From positions 1 to 64,000 of the IMG/VR virus record IMGVR_UViG_3300046028_006919: 64,000 nucleotides of DNA. One strand, given 5' to 3'. The translations under genes and the position numbers were made by a program. Every line of letters begins with the position of its first letter. The stretch's first letter is position 1. Origin of the DNA: a virus. The notes under the pieces are model-generated. The model did no database searches. It saw only the letters and a program-made list of their open reading frames with translations, and was not told the DNA's origin. This document shows positions 20,028 through 28,245 of the stretch, piece after piece.

Positions 20028-20568
20028 AGAAATCGCGTGATGTAGGAAATTGCTCCCTGTGTTTACTAATCAATTCTTTGTACTCCTCCAGCGGTTTAAC
20101 CTCATCTCGTTTGAAAATATACATACCTTCACCGCCATAACCTGGTTTTGCATATAGCTTATCAGGATTCTCATTGCACACTGGATAACGCAAATCAAAA
20201 TCATGCGCATAACCATTAATGTGAGATAAACTTGTATCACTCAATTCAGCAAATTTTTTCTTGCTAGTAGTAACACATAACAATTGTAATTCAACTCCCC
20301 TGTGATATGTGGTAAGCCCATACGTCTTATGCTTCTTGGTTAACGGCTGTTTAAAACCAAATGCTTCAATACCTTGAACATAGTCAATAACTTCATTCTC
20401 CTTACATATTTTGATAGCGTCAGTAAATTTACTTGCACTACCTACAGTCATTCCAAGTACCGTATCTTGAAAGATAGTATACTTATCCAGCTGTGGGTGA
20501 TTTTGCTCTTGTATAAAACATCCTTTGAACCACCACTCACCAACCTCTATTTGAAACGGTTTATTCAT
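20002..20568 (-). CDS. Hypothetical protein
   Basis: 188-aa ORF with promoter. Confidence 0.65.
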   Translation of the reverse strand: MNKPFQIEVGEWWFKGCFIQEQNHPQLDKYTIFQDTVLGMTVGSASKFTDAIKICKENEVIDYVQGIEAFGFKQPLTKKHKTYGLTTYHRGVELQLLCVTTSKKKFAELSDTSLSHINGYAHDFDLRYPVCNENPDKLYAKPGYGGEGMYIFKRDEVKPLEEYKELISKHREQFPTSRDFYESQRQQN

Positions 20569-20715
20569 AATTATTATTCTTTAATTGTTTAACAGTACAA
20601 AGATAATACTTTATTTTAATATACCAAACTTTTTAATAAAAAAAATTAGGGTACCAGAAAAACTAGCACCCAAAGTCTGCCGCCACTCAATTATAGTTTT
20701 CGAAACTCATTTAAT

Positions 20716-21516
20716 TTATTCACCCATTACAAGCTCTTCATTCTTGATAAATTCATAGGTAACAACCGTATTAGAAACTTTAACAATAAAGTCATTCTCA
20801 CTATAATCATTTTTACCTTTGCTACCTGCACCTGTAAGATTTTTATAATGCAATCCAACAACAACATTTTGCTTGTCTTTAAACCTTAAATCCGTTTCAT
20901 CACCATTGATAACCTCAAAACCCATATACGTTTTTGGCAATGCTTGATTTTTATTCAATCCAAACACAACCGCAACATTAAAACCACGCTTCAATAACTC
21001 CAAAGATTTTCCATGATTATTTTCAGAACGTGAAAACGTTAAATGATAATTAGAATAGTTAACTTTGTCAAATCTTAAATGATTTTTTGTATAATCATAA
21101 AATTGTACACTTGGAAACAACTCGAATATATTCTTATCGTCAACAACCTTAAATTTCTCAAATGGAATATCACTAGTACCATTTAATCTAATTGCAATAT
21201 CCCACTTAGAACTATGCAATCTAACAATAGTCTCAATTTCACTCTTCAATTGTAACATGAAATTTTTTCTATCAGCCAAATAATATTCTGTCTTGTTTAA
21301 TTTACCAGCTTGAACACCAGTAAATCTAGCAGCACCGCTACCAAATAAACAAGCCTTGGCACAACCCTCTGTAGCATGACTACATAAATTTATTCCCTTG
21401 GAATTTTGTGTGTGTGGGGCTAAATACAATATAGCAGTCTTAACACCCAATTTTTCACCCTTAACAGTCTTCGCATTCTTAAAGCTCAATAGCTTTTTTG
21501 GTACATTGTAACTCAT
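20716..21516 (-). CDS. Phage Gp88-like protein (Cys-cluster, radical-SAM-like)
   Basis: NLCSHATEGCAKACL, IRLNGTSDI, FYDYTK, NYHLTFSRSE and NGDETDLRF motifs. Confidence 0.7.
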   Translation of the reverse strand: MSYNVPKKLLSFKNAKTVKGEKLGVKTAILYLAPHTQNSKGINLCSHATEGCAKACLFGSGAARFTGVQAGKLNKTEYYLADRKNFMLQLKSEIETIVRLHSSKWDIAIRLNGTSDIPFEKFKVVDDKNIFELFPSVQFYDYTKNHLRFDKVNYSNYHLTFSRSENNHGKSLELLKRGFNVAVVFGLNKNQALPKTYMGFEVINGDETDLRFKDKQNVVVGLHYKNLTGAGSKGKNDYSENDFIVKVSNTVVTYEFIKNEELVMGE

Positions 21517-21605
21517 AATAATAAATGTTTAATTGTTTAACAGTGCAAAGATATAACAATATTTTAAACCTGCAAACTTTTTTACAATTATTTTTAAATT
21601 ATTTT

Positions 21606-21881
21606 TTACATCCAACCTTGTTTCACTATTTCTGGCCTGCCGTTTACCATGGACCAATGCTCAAACCATTCTCCCCATTCCCCGCGGCGATGACGATATA
21701 CACACACTTCATTGTCATTGGATATTTCTAACAGGTCCCTCATCCGACGCTTTACTTCAGCATAGGTACCAAAGCTTTGTTGCAGCTTGCCGTTGGATAT
21801 CTTGAAATTATTCTCATCCGAATAATTCCTAACCACATTTACATACACACTAGGTTTAAAACTTCTGGCCATAATAAACAT
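21606..21881 (-). CDS. Hypothetical protein
   Basis: 91-aa ORF (likely start MARSF) with promoter. Confidence 0.6.
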   Translation of the reverse strand: MFIMARSFKPSVYVNVVRNYSDENNFKISNGKLQQSFGTYAEVKRRMRDLLEISNDNEVCVYRHRRGEWGEWFEHWSMVNGRPEIVKQGWM

Positions 21882-22177
21882 TATTTAATATTAGGACGCA
21901 AAGATAATACATATATTTGTAACCACCAAATTTATTTCATTTACTTTAAATAATCCTTAACTCTTCAGGTCCCTATTGCAACATCCAAAAAATCTTCGAA
22001 TCTTTGCAGCATGATTCTAACCCACATATATCCCATCCTATTATGATGGAGTCTCATCCCAGCAGCATGCACACCCGCGTAGCGGGCCCAGACACAAATG
22101 TGTACATAGGGAAAATATTTTTTAAGTAGTATTTACTTTTTGTGTCATATTACACATATTTATAATAAAACTGTAAT

Positions 22178-22606
22178 ATGAAATACAATGAAAAGAAAAG
22201 ATTGCAATTAGGTCTAAGAAGACTTTATACTGGGGAGGCGCCTAGCAAAGAGTTATTAAATTTAATAGGTACCGATAAGGATACCTTTGTTAACCATGTT
22301 AACGCTTATAGATTGTCTGGGATGACGGATGAGAATTTTGGGAAAGAATGGACACTGGACCATATAGTACCAGTAGATATCTTTGACATTTCTGATGAGC
22401 AGCAATTAAAGCTTTGTTATAACTATCATAACATAATGCCCATGTTTCTAAATGACAATAGAATAAAAGGTGCGAGCTCGCACTTCAGCTTGATTAAATT
22501 AAACCACATGAAAAATAACCCTAAACTAAACAATGAGATGGTCAATAAATTAATCACCGAGTGCGAACAACACAACGATAAAATATACGCGAAATACCTA
22601 GTTTAA
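22178..22606 (+). CDS. HNH endonuclease-like protein
   Basis: GMTDENFGKEWTLDHIVP...CYNYHNIMPM..NDNRIKG; on the strand opposite the region; ATATTTAT motif upstream. Confidence 0.7.
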   Translation: MKYNEKKRLQLGLRRLYTGEAPSKELLNLIGTDKDTFVNHVNAYRLSGMTDENFGKEWTLDHIVPVDIFDISDEQQLKLCYNYHNIMPMFLNDNRIKGASSHFSLIKLNHMKNNPKLNNEMVNKLITECEQHNDKIYAKYLV

Positions 22607-22834
22607 AAATTTTCTGGAGAAAAAGTTGTGAGAGTAGATGAAGCATATAAAGCTTTCTATACTTTTCTAATACTATATAGTTTACCACTATCTACCACCC
22701 TTTCCCACCATTTACCATTTTATGAATCATTTTAAGGCCTGATTTCTTTTAAAATGATATCATATACCTATTTTTTGTTATTTGCCCTTAAAAAGCTCAT
22801 ACGGGCTTGTAGGTGTACTTATATTATATATAGA

Positions 22835-22854
22835 ATGTACACAAATGTGTACAT
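22835..22854. repeat. Palindromic motif copy 6 (perfect 9-bp arms)
   Basis: ATGTACACA-AA-TGTGTACAT. Confidence 0.8.
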
Positions 22855-23158
22855 ACAAGTTATATTATTCTTCTATATTAAAAAGATAATCAACAATAAT
22901 ATATATACATCCAAGTAATGTTATTATAGGAATAGTTATTGGTCTAAGTATTTTTCTCATGTGTCATAATCTTATTTGTTTTTAAATTGTTCAGGATATA
23001 AAATATTATATCTTCTAGTAATACACCATTTAGCATACATTAAAGGAATGCCCCAGAACTTATCTAATACTGGTTTTACAAATCTTTGCCCTTTATAATC
23101 TCCACTTAATAAATAACTACCATAGCTATAATCGTGGTCTATGTTCCATTTTATTATT

Positions 23159-24181
23159 TCATTCATAATCCTTTTTCTTTTTATATTGTTCAAACCATAC
23201 TTCAAAACTTTCATATACTGGTGGCATATTCTTTTCAAAGATTAATGCTTGTCTTGATTGCTTAAATGCTTCTTTTAAATCTTCCTCGCTATACCTTCTC
23301 TCTTGTTGTGAGATACCAGCATCATACCCTTCACTAAATGTATTAATGTTTTCAAGTTCACATTTACATCTTTCATCTAATCTAATACTATCTTCATCAA
23401 GTTTGTCTTGCTCTTGTTGCCATTTAGCACCAAACACACTTCCTCTAACATAAGCATCTACTTCATCTCCATAATAAGATAATTGAGCTTGTTTTAGAGC
23501 AGCTTCTTCAAGTGTTTCAACTATCTTAATTTTAGAGGCTATTTCTTTAGCATCATGTAAATTATCATAATTGAATTGTTGCTTTTGTGCCTCTTCAAGA
23601 GTAGTTTCTTGTTGAGGTTCTTCAGGTCCGCAATCACAAGTTGTAGTATGACCACAGTAGCATTTTGTTTGTTCATACAGTCCTAACTCTTCATCTGATT
23701 TCATTATATCAATTAAATGTTGTTTAGGTTCTTCACTTGGAATTACAACTCTATATTCCTTCTTAACATTGTAAGCAGGCATTGTCCAATTAATCTCAAC
23801 ATCCTCACAACTTGGATTCTTAACAAACCATTCTAAAAACTCATCATCAATAGCTTGTACACCATTTTTGATTAAGTCTTGGTCTGTAGTCATTATAATT
23901 TTTTTACACATATTTCCATTGTTCATATATGTGTGGAACTTTCCAGCAGCAATAGTATCTTTGTTAATATAGATTGGTGAAAATATATGTCTTGTTTTAT
24001 TGTAAATATCAATAAAATATAAACCAATTGAATATTCTGTAACTATTTCATCAGAAGTGATGTAGATGTTTTTACATTGACTTGAACGAACATTACCACT
24101 ATATAAATCTAATTTTTTAGTGGTTGAGTTATATACTAACCTACTTGGTTTATCTGTTGGTAATATGTGTATGTTTTTCAT
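23159..24181 (-). CDS. Modular phage hypothetical protein with repeated ETLEEA / GAKWQQE / YSEEDL segments
   Basis: MKNIHILPTDKPSRL...CKKIIMTTDQDLIKNGVQAIDDEFLEWFVKNPSCE...; internal short repeats. Confidence 0.7.
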   Translation of the reverse strand: MKNIHILPTDKPSRLVYNSTTKKLDLYSGNVRSSQCKNIYITSDEIVTEYSIGLYFIDIYNKTRHIFSPIYINKDTIAAGKFHTYMNNGNMCKKIIMTTDQDLIKNGVQAIDDEFLEWFVKNPSCEDVEINWTMPAYNVKKEYRVVIPSEEPKQHLIDIMKSDEELGLYEQTKCYCGHTTTCDCGPEEPQQETTLEEAQKQQFNYDNLHDAKEIASKIKIVETLEEAALKQAQLSYYGDEVDAYVRGSVFGAKWQQEQDKLDEDSIRLDERCKCELENINTFSEGYDAGISQQERRYSEEDLKEAFKQSRQALIFEKNMPPVYESFEVWFEQYKKKKDYE

Positions 24182-24366
24182 AAACAACTAATTGTTACTA
24201 TATTATTATCGTAATCATAATGTACGTTTTTCACATCATAACTTTTGCTATCATGTGTAAATCTTTCTCCTTCTCTTGGAATTATTTTCCAAAGAGATTT
24301 AACCTTTATTTTCTCAGTAGTATAATCTCCTACTATTTTACTGTGAATTTTAAAAACTATTTTCAT
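24178..24366 (-). CDS. Hypothetical protein flanked by 46-bp direct repeats
   Basis: 62-aa ORF between repeats at 24138-24183 and 24367-24412. Confidence 0.6.
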   Translation of the reverse strand: MKIVFKIHSKIVGDYTTEKIKVKSLWKIIPREGERFTHDSKSYDVKNVHYDYDNNIVTISCL

Positions 24367-24406
24367 AATCTACTTGGTTTAGGTGTTGGTAATACGTGTA
24401 TGTTTT

Positions 24407-24625
24407 TCATAATTTATATTTTTTATATTCTCCTTGTTTATAATAATACAGTACATCATCGTGTTTTCTGAACACAACATCATCAGGACAGTAGTATATA
24501 GTATCTCTAACCAATATTTTCTTATTGATAATAGTGTATTTTACTTGGTTAATTGTTATTGATGATTTTCTTATACAGATTGTAGATTGAAACAGTATTA
24601 GTAACAAGAGTGATAGGTTAATCAC
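24407..24625 (-). CDS. Hypothetical secreted protein
   Basis: Hydrophobic N-terminus. Confidence 0.45.
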   Translation of the reverse strand: MINLSLLLLILFQSTICIRKSSITINQVKYTIINKKILVRDTIYYCPDDVVFRKHDDVLYYYKQGEYKKYKL

Positions 24626-24627
24626 TA

Positions 24628-25014
24628 TTATTCTTTATGAAATTCAACTAAATATCCTTTTGCAATCAGCACTCTTAAACACTTATCATCTTCATACAAT
24701 TGAAGCATCACTGTTTTACCTTCTTCTGTTAAACATTCTATTAATTGATAATTCATACCATTTTCTGATACACCTGTAGTAACATCTCCTATTTGATAAT
24801 AAGTGTATGTGTTACCATTTGGAAAATAGAATTTAACTTCTGATTTTCCTTCAGGGTTAAACACGACAGTGGTTTCTTTATACACCCATTCACCTACTAC
24901 ATCATCTTCTTTTGATATCATAGATGTGTATTTTTTTACAAAGGTTGAATTCTCTTGTGCAATACATGCAAAGCTGCTCAATAGTAGTAGAGCTCCTAAT
25001 AGTAATTTTTTCAT
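24628..25014 (-). CDS. Hypothetical secreted protein
   Basis: Signal peptide MKKLLLGALLLLSSFACIA-QE. Confidence 0.65.
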   Translation of the reverse strand: MKKLLLGALLLLSSFACIAQENSTFVKKYTSMISKEDDVVGEWVYKETTVVFNPEGKSEVKFYFPNGNTYTYYQIGDVTTGVSENGMNYQLIECLTEEGKTVMLQLYEDDKCLRVLIAKGYLVEFHKE

Positions 25015-25238
25015 AATAGTTTTTCTATTTGGTTGGTTTTTGTATTAAACAGCAAATTATCACCCACGTATTCGTATAGGGTTCCGTTTCTCTCAATGGT
25101 TTTGCCATGTTTTTTTGCTTTGGTTATTTCTTTGAGTGTTGTTGATGTATCTTCACACCAATATCTTTTGGGTTGTTTTGCCATGATTTATTTTGTATTA
25201 TGGGACAAATATACCACATTGTTTTTATATATGCAAAT

Positions 25239-25415
25239 TTATCTTGCATAATATATTTGGTCTTTTAAATTACTTTCATGATAATAATACCTTACCCATA
25301 AACCAAATTGTTCACCATTGATATAATTACCCATATTGCATAGATTCCCATTTGTCCAATACCATTCCCACAATCCGTGGCGTTGGCTTCTTCTATGTGG
25401 TCTTTTATCTTGCAT
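25239..25415 (-). CDS. MORN-variant mini-protein unit 20
   Basis: MQDKRPH...HGLWEWY...YYAR*. Confidence 0.75.
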   Translation of the reverse strand: MQDKRPHRRSQRHGLWEWYWTNGNLCNMGNYINGEQFGLWVRYYYHESNLKDQIYYAR

Positions 25416-25584
25416 AGTAATCAAATTCTATTCCAAGTTCATCAAAAAAAAGATATTCTACCAACCCTTTTATTTCGTTGTTTACATAATTACATTTATA
25501 GTAGAATTCTCCATTGGTTTGGTGCCAATATCCTTGTGCTCTTGCTTGTCCATCTGTTTGGTTTATTTTGTTATCTTGCTGCAT
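25405..25584 (-). CDS. MORN-variant mini-protein unit 19
   Basis: MQQDNKIN...QGYW...YYAR*. Confidence 0.75.
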   Translation of the reverse strand: MQQDNKINQTDGQARAQGYWHQTNGEFYYKCNYVNNEIKGLVEYLFFDELGIEFDYYAR

Positions 25585-25741
25585 ATTGTTTACGTATTTT
25601 ATTATTAAAATTGTGTTCAAAATATCCATACCATGCTCCGTTTATATAGTTGATTCTAAAAGATGGTTGACCGTTTCCATGGTATATTTCCCAATAACCA
25701 TGCGCTTCACCTTGTTCGTTAAGTGGTTTTTTATCTTGCAT
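25571..25741 (-). CDS. MORN-variant mini-protein unit 18 (absent from ORF track, 56 aa)
   Basis: MQDKKPLNEQGEAHGYWEIYHGNGQPSF...QYAAR*. Confidence 0.75.
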   Translation of the reverse strand: MQDKKPLNEQGEAHGYWEIYHGNGQPSFRINYINGAWYGYFEHNFNNKIRKQYAAR

Positions 25742-25979
25742 AATAACTTTTACCTATTGTTTTAATTTGTGGATAATTAGATTCACAGTATCCTATGAAA
25801 TCATTATTGACTATATTTACTTTATAATCTAATACGCCATCATCAAAATATTTTTCATAAAAACCACATATTTCTCCGTTACTGTATACTGTTTTAAAAG
25901 ATGGTTGACCGTTTTCATGATATATTTCCCAATAACCATGTCGTTCACCTTGTTCGTTAAGTGTGTTTTTATCTTGCAT
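25731..25979 (-). CDS. MORN-variant mini-protein unit 17
   Basis: MQDKNTLNEQGERHGYWEIYHENGQPSF...YYAR*. Confidence 0.8.
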   Translation of the reverse strand: MQDKNTLNEQGERHGYWEIYHENGQPSFKTVYSNGEICGFYEKYFDDGVLDYKVNIVNNDFIGYCESNYPQIKTIGKSYYAR

Positions 25980-26139
25980 TATATATTAAAATAAGAGGGT
26001 TAGAAGATTTAATTTCTTCAAGACCTAATATAACACCATTGACATAGTTTCGTTTAAAATAACGTAGTTTATCGCTACTGTATTGTTCCCAATAGCCATT
26101 TCGTTGACCTCGTTCGTTATATGGTTCATTATCTGGCAT
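25969..26139 (-). CDS. MORN-variant mini-protein unit 16 (absent from ORF track, 56 aa)
   Basis: MPDNEPYNERGQRNGYWEQY...YVNG...YNAR*. Confidence 0.7.
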   Translation of the reverse strand: MPDNEPYNERGQRNGYWEQYSSDKLRYFKRNYVNGVILGLEEIKSSNPLILIYNAR

Positions 26140-26314
26140 AGTATGTTTTGGTTATTCGTTTGGTATATAAATTTTTTGCTTCACGGAAACCACATCGTTC
26201 ACCGTTAACATAGTTTGTTCTAGAACATAGACCACCGTCATGCCAATATAGAATCCATAGTCCGTGTCGTTCGCCTTGTGCGTTATGTGGTTCTTGTCCT
26301 TCTCTATGGTACAT
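26129..26314 (-). CDS. MORN-variant mini-protein unit 15
   Basis: MYHREGQEPHNAQGERHGLW...YYAR*. Confidence 0.75.
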   Translation of the reverse strand: MYHREGQEPHNAQGERHGLWILYWHDGGLCSRTNYVNGERCGFREAKNLYTKRITKTYYAR

Positions 26315-26495
26315 GATAAAATATTTCTCCGTTACCCCATTTTTCATGTCCGTATTCCACACCGTTGACATAATGACATTCATACCAGAAAGTACCATCT
26401 ATCTTGTGGTATATTACCCAATGACCATGACACTGTTTTTTTTCGTTTAGTGGCGCTAAGCTTTCTTCATTCATATATCTTATTGAGTCCTGCAT
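26304..26495 (-). CDS. MORN-variant mini-protein unit 14 (own promoter)
   Basis: MQDSIRY...CHGHW...YVNG...YHVP*. Confidence 0.7.
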   Translation of the reverse strand: MQDSIRYMNEESLAPLNEKKQCHGHWVIYHKIDGTFWYECHYVNGVEYGHEKWGNGEIFYHVP

Positions 26496-26519
26496 AATGC
26501 AAATATACAATTTATTGTT

Positions 26520-26690
26520 TTATCTTGCAATAAAACTTTTATTTAGATAAGAATTGTTTTGTGTTATCCAATAACCATATACACGACCATGGATATAATA
26601 TCCTTTGCTATATACATTATCAGCGTAAATGGTTTCCCAATAACCGTGACAGTCATTATCTTTGGTGACTTGATTTATTTTATTTTGCAT
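26520..26690 (-). CDS. MORN-variant mini-protein unit 13 (absent from ORF track, 56 aa)
   Basis: MQNKINQ...CHGYWETIY...FIAR*. Confidence 0.7.
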   Translation of the reverse strand: MQNKINQVTKDNDCHGYWETIYADNVYSKGYYIHGRVYGYWITQNNSYLNKSFIAR

Positions 26691-26844
26691 GGTATTCGTT
26701 AGAGATTAATTTTGTTTCTCTAATATATTGATAGTGGCCGCATATGGTGCCACCAATATATGTTTGTTTATACGATGACAAGCTCCATTGGCATGACCAA
26801 TCACCGTGTCGTTTTCCGTTCTTGTGACTTAGTTTATCTGGCAT
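26680..26844 (-). CDS. MORN-variant mini-protein unit 12
   Basis: MPDKLSHKNGKRHGDW...YHAK*. Confidence 0.7.
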   Translation of the reverse strand: MPDKLSHKNGKRHGDWSCQWSLSSYKQTYIGGTICGHYQYIRETKLISNEYHAK

Positions 26845-26998
26845 AATATTTTCTAAAAAGTTTTTCATTCTCACACAATTCCCATAGACCAAATCTAATA
26901 CCGTTTAGGTAATGACCCTCAAAATAACCTTCTTTAAGAACCAAAGACCATGGGCCATGATGTTGTCCTTTATCGTTAAAATTTCGTTTACCTCGCAT
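26834..26998 (-). CDS. MORN-variant mini-protein unit 11
   Basis: MRGKRNFNDKGQHHGPW...YYAR*. Confidence 0.75.
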   Translation of the reverse strand: MRGKRNFNDKGQHHGPWSLVLKEGYFEGHYLNGIRFGLWELCENEKLFRKYYAR

Positions 26999-27158
26999 AA
27001 TATTCTCTATCTTCTCTTCCATGCCAATCAAAGAAATAGTATCCGTAACGGACTCCGTTGATGTAATTGGTTATATACCATAAACTATCGCTGCACCAAT
27101 ATTTTTCCCAATACCCATGTTTTTGACCTAATTCATTATATGGCGTTTTATCTAGCAT
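26988..27158 (-). CDS. MORN-variant mini-protein unit 10
   Basis: MLDKTPYNELGQKHGYW...YYAR*. Confidence 0.75.
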   Translation of the reverse strand: MLDKTPYNELGQKHGYWEKYWCSDSLWYITNYINGVRYGYYFFDWHGREDREYYAR

Positions 27159-27324
27159 AGTATTCTTTTTTTGATGAACTGTTAGACCAGTCCCAATATT
27201 CAAAACAACCATATTCTAAACCGTTTATGAAGTATCCGTTAAACCATAGTCTATCGTTGCTGTGGTGTATTATCCAATACCCGTGGGCTTGTTTTTTTTC
27301 GTTATGTGGTTTTTTATCTTGCAT
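27148..27324 (-). CDS. MORN-variant mini-protein unit 9 (absent from ORF track, 58 aa)
   Basis: MQDKKPHNEKKQAHGYWIIH...FINGLEYG...EYYAR*. Confidence 0.75.
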   Translation of the reverse strand: MQDKKPHNEKKQAHGYWIIHHSNDRLWFNGYFINGLEYGCFEYWDWSNSSSKKEYYAR

Positions 27325-27562
27325 AGTATCGATTATCTAGTTGATTATCACCAAAGTGGTGTTCACCATACCCATGAAATTGACTATTTATGTAATTGAT
27401 TATGGAGATTAACTTACCGCTATTCCAATATCTTTCAATCTTACCGAAAGCGTAGCCATTTACATATAACCCTTTAAATTCCAGAACACCATTAGAGGCG
27501 TAATAAACTTCCCAATATCCGTGTTTTTGACCTTCTTTATTTGTTGGTTTTTTATCTTGCAT
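27314..27562 (-). CDS. MORN-variant mini-protein unit 8
   Basis: MQDKKPTNKEGQKHGYW...YYAR*. Confidence 0.8.
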   Translation of the reverse strand: MQDKKPTNKEGQKHGYWEVYYASNGVLEFKGLYVNGYAFGKIERYWNSGKLISIINYINSQFHGYGEHHFGDNQLDNRYYAR

Positions 27563-27731
27563 AATATTCTAATACTAACAATTTACCGTTATGGTTAAAA
27601 TTTTGATATAACCCGAATGCGTTTCCATTAATATAATGTAGCTTATACCATAGAGTACCATACATAGAATGGTAAGCTTCCCATAATCCATGTGCTTGTC
27701 TATTTTTGTTAAATGGTTTTTTATCTTGCAT
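27552..27731 (-). CDS. MORN-variant mini-protein unit 7 (absent from ORF track, 59 aa)
   Basis: MQDKKPFNKNRQAHGLWEAY...YINGNAFG...EYYAR*. Confidence 0.75.
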   Translation of the reverse strand: MQDKKPFNKNRQAHGLWEAYHSMYGTLWYKLHYINGNAFGLYQNFNHNGKLLVLEYYAR

Positions 27732-27900
27732 AATATCTATTTTGGTCTAAATTACCGTTTGGGTCATATACCTTGCTATGACCAAATCTAAATCCGTTAA
27801 TGAAAAATGAATGCCATCTTATGTTGTTGTTACTCCATAAGTTTATCCATTCTCCATGACGTTCTTCATTAGCGTTACGTAGATTAATTTTATCTTTCAT
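27721..27900 (-). CDS. MORN-variant mini-protein unit 6 (absent from ORF track, 59 aa)
   Basis: MKDKINLRNANEERHGEW...FINGFRFG...RYYAR*. Confidence 0.75.
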   Translation of the reverse strand: MKDKINLRNANEERHGEWINLWSNNNIRWHSFFINGFRFGHSKVYDPNGNLDQNRYYAR

Positions 27901-27903
27901 AAT

Positions 27904-27932
27904 AAAAAAAGGGTAGCTTTTGGCTACCCTTT
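27904..27932 (-). terminator. Intrinsic terminator
   Basis: AAAGGGTAGC-CAAAA-GCTACCCTTTTTTT on the minus strand after 27941. Confidence 0.75.
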
Positions 27933-27940
27933 GGTGTTTG

Positions 27941-28174
27941 TTAGTCCCAAGCGTTTTGTAGCTTTTTGGTTACTGGGTTCAACTCTTGTTGAACGTACTT
28001 GATAACGTGAGGTGCTTCTATTGCTATGGTCCCGTGTTCTCCGTGCAAAACTTGGCTGTTTTTACCAGCTTTGATTTTAAGGATGTTCTCATCGATTTTT
28101 TCAACTTCTACAACGTTAGTCATTGTGTGTGTGTTTGTACTTGGTTCAAGCACGATAGTCTTCTGATTTCCCAT
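27941..28174 (-). CDS. His-containing partner of DUF6745-like protein (paralog of 11700-11966)
   Basis: VLEPSTNTH...VLHGEHGTI...VQQELNPVTKKLQNAWD; own promoter at ~28209-28244. Confidence 0.65.
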   Translation of the reverse strand: MGNQKTIVLEPSTNTHTMTNVVEVEKIDENILKIKAGKNSQVLHGEHGTIAIEAPHVIKYVQQELNPVTKKLQNAWD

Positions 28175-28245
28175 GTTTTTATTTTTAAATGGTTTGTTAT
28201 AATTACAATACAAATATACTACTTAGTTTTTAATTGTGCAAATTT

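Larger units (their letters stand above)
225..21932 (-). promoter_or_regulatory. Dense array (>30 copies by eye in this span, about 20 more in the rest of the window) of Bacteroidota sigma70-type early promoters
   Basis: Minus-strand consensus TTTGGTAG(T/G)...TTGTTATA(T/C)(C/A/T)TTTGCA matches the Bacteroidota -33 TTTG and -7 TAnnTTTG elements. One copy lies ~20-30 nt upstream of nearly every ATG (e.g. 6734-6766, 7122-7154, 9192-9226, 9383-9416). Confidence 0.9.
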
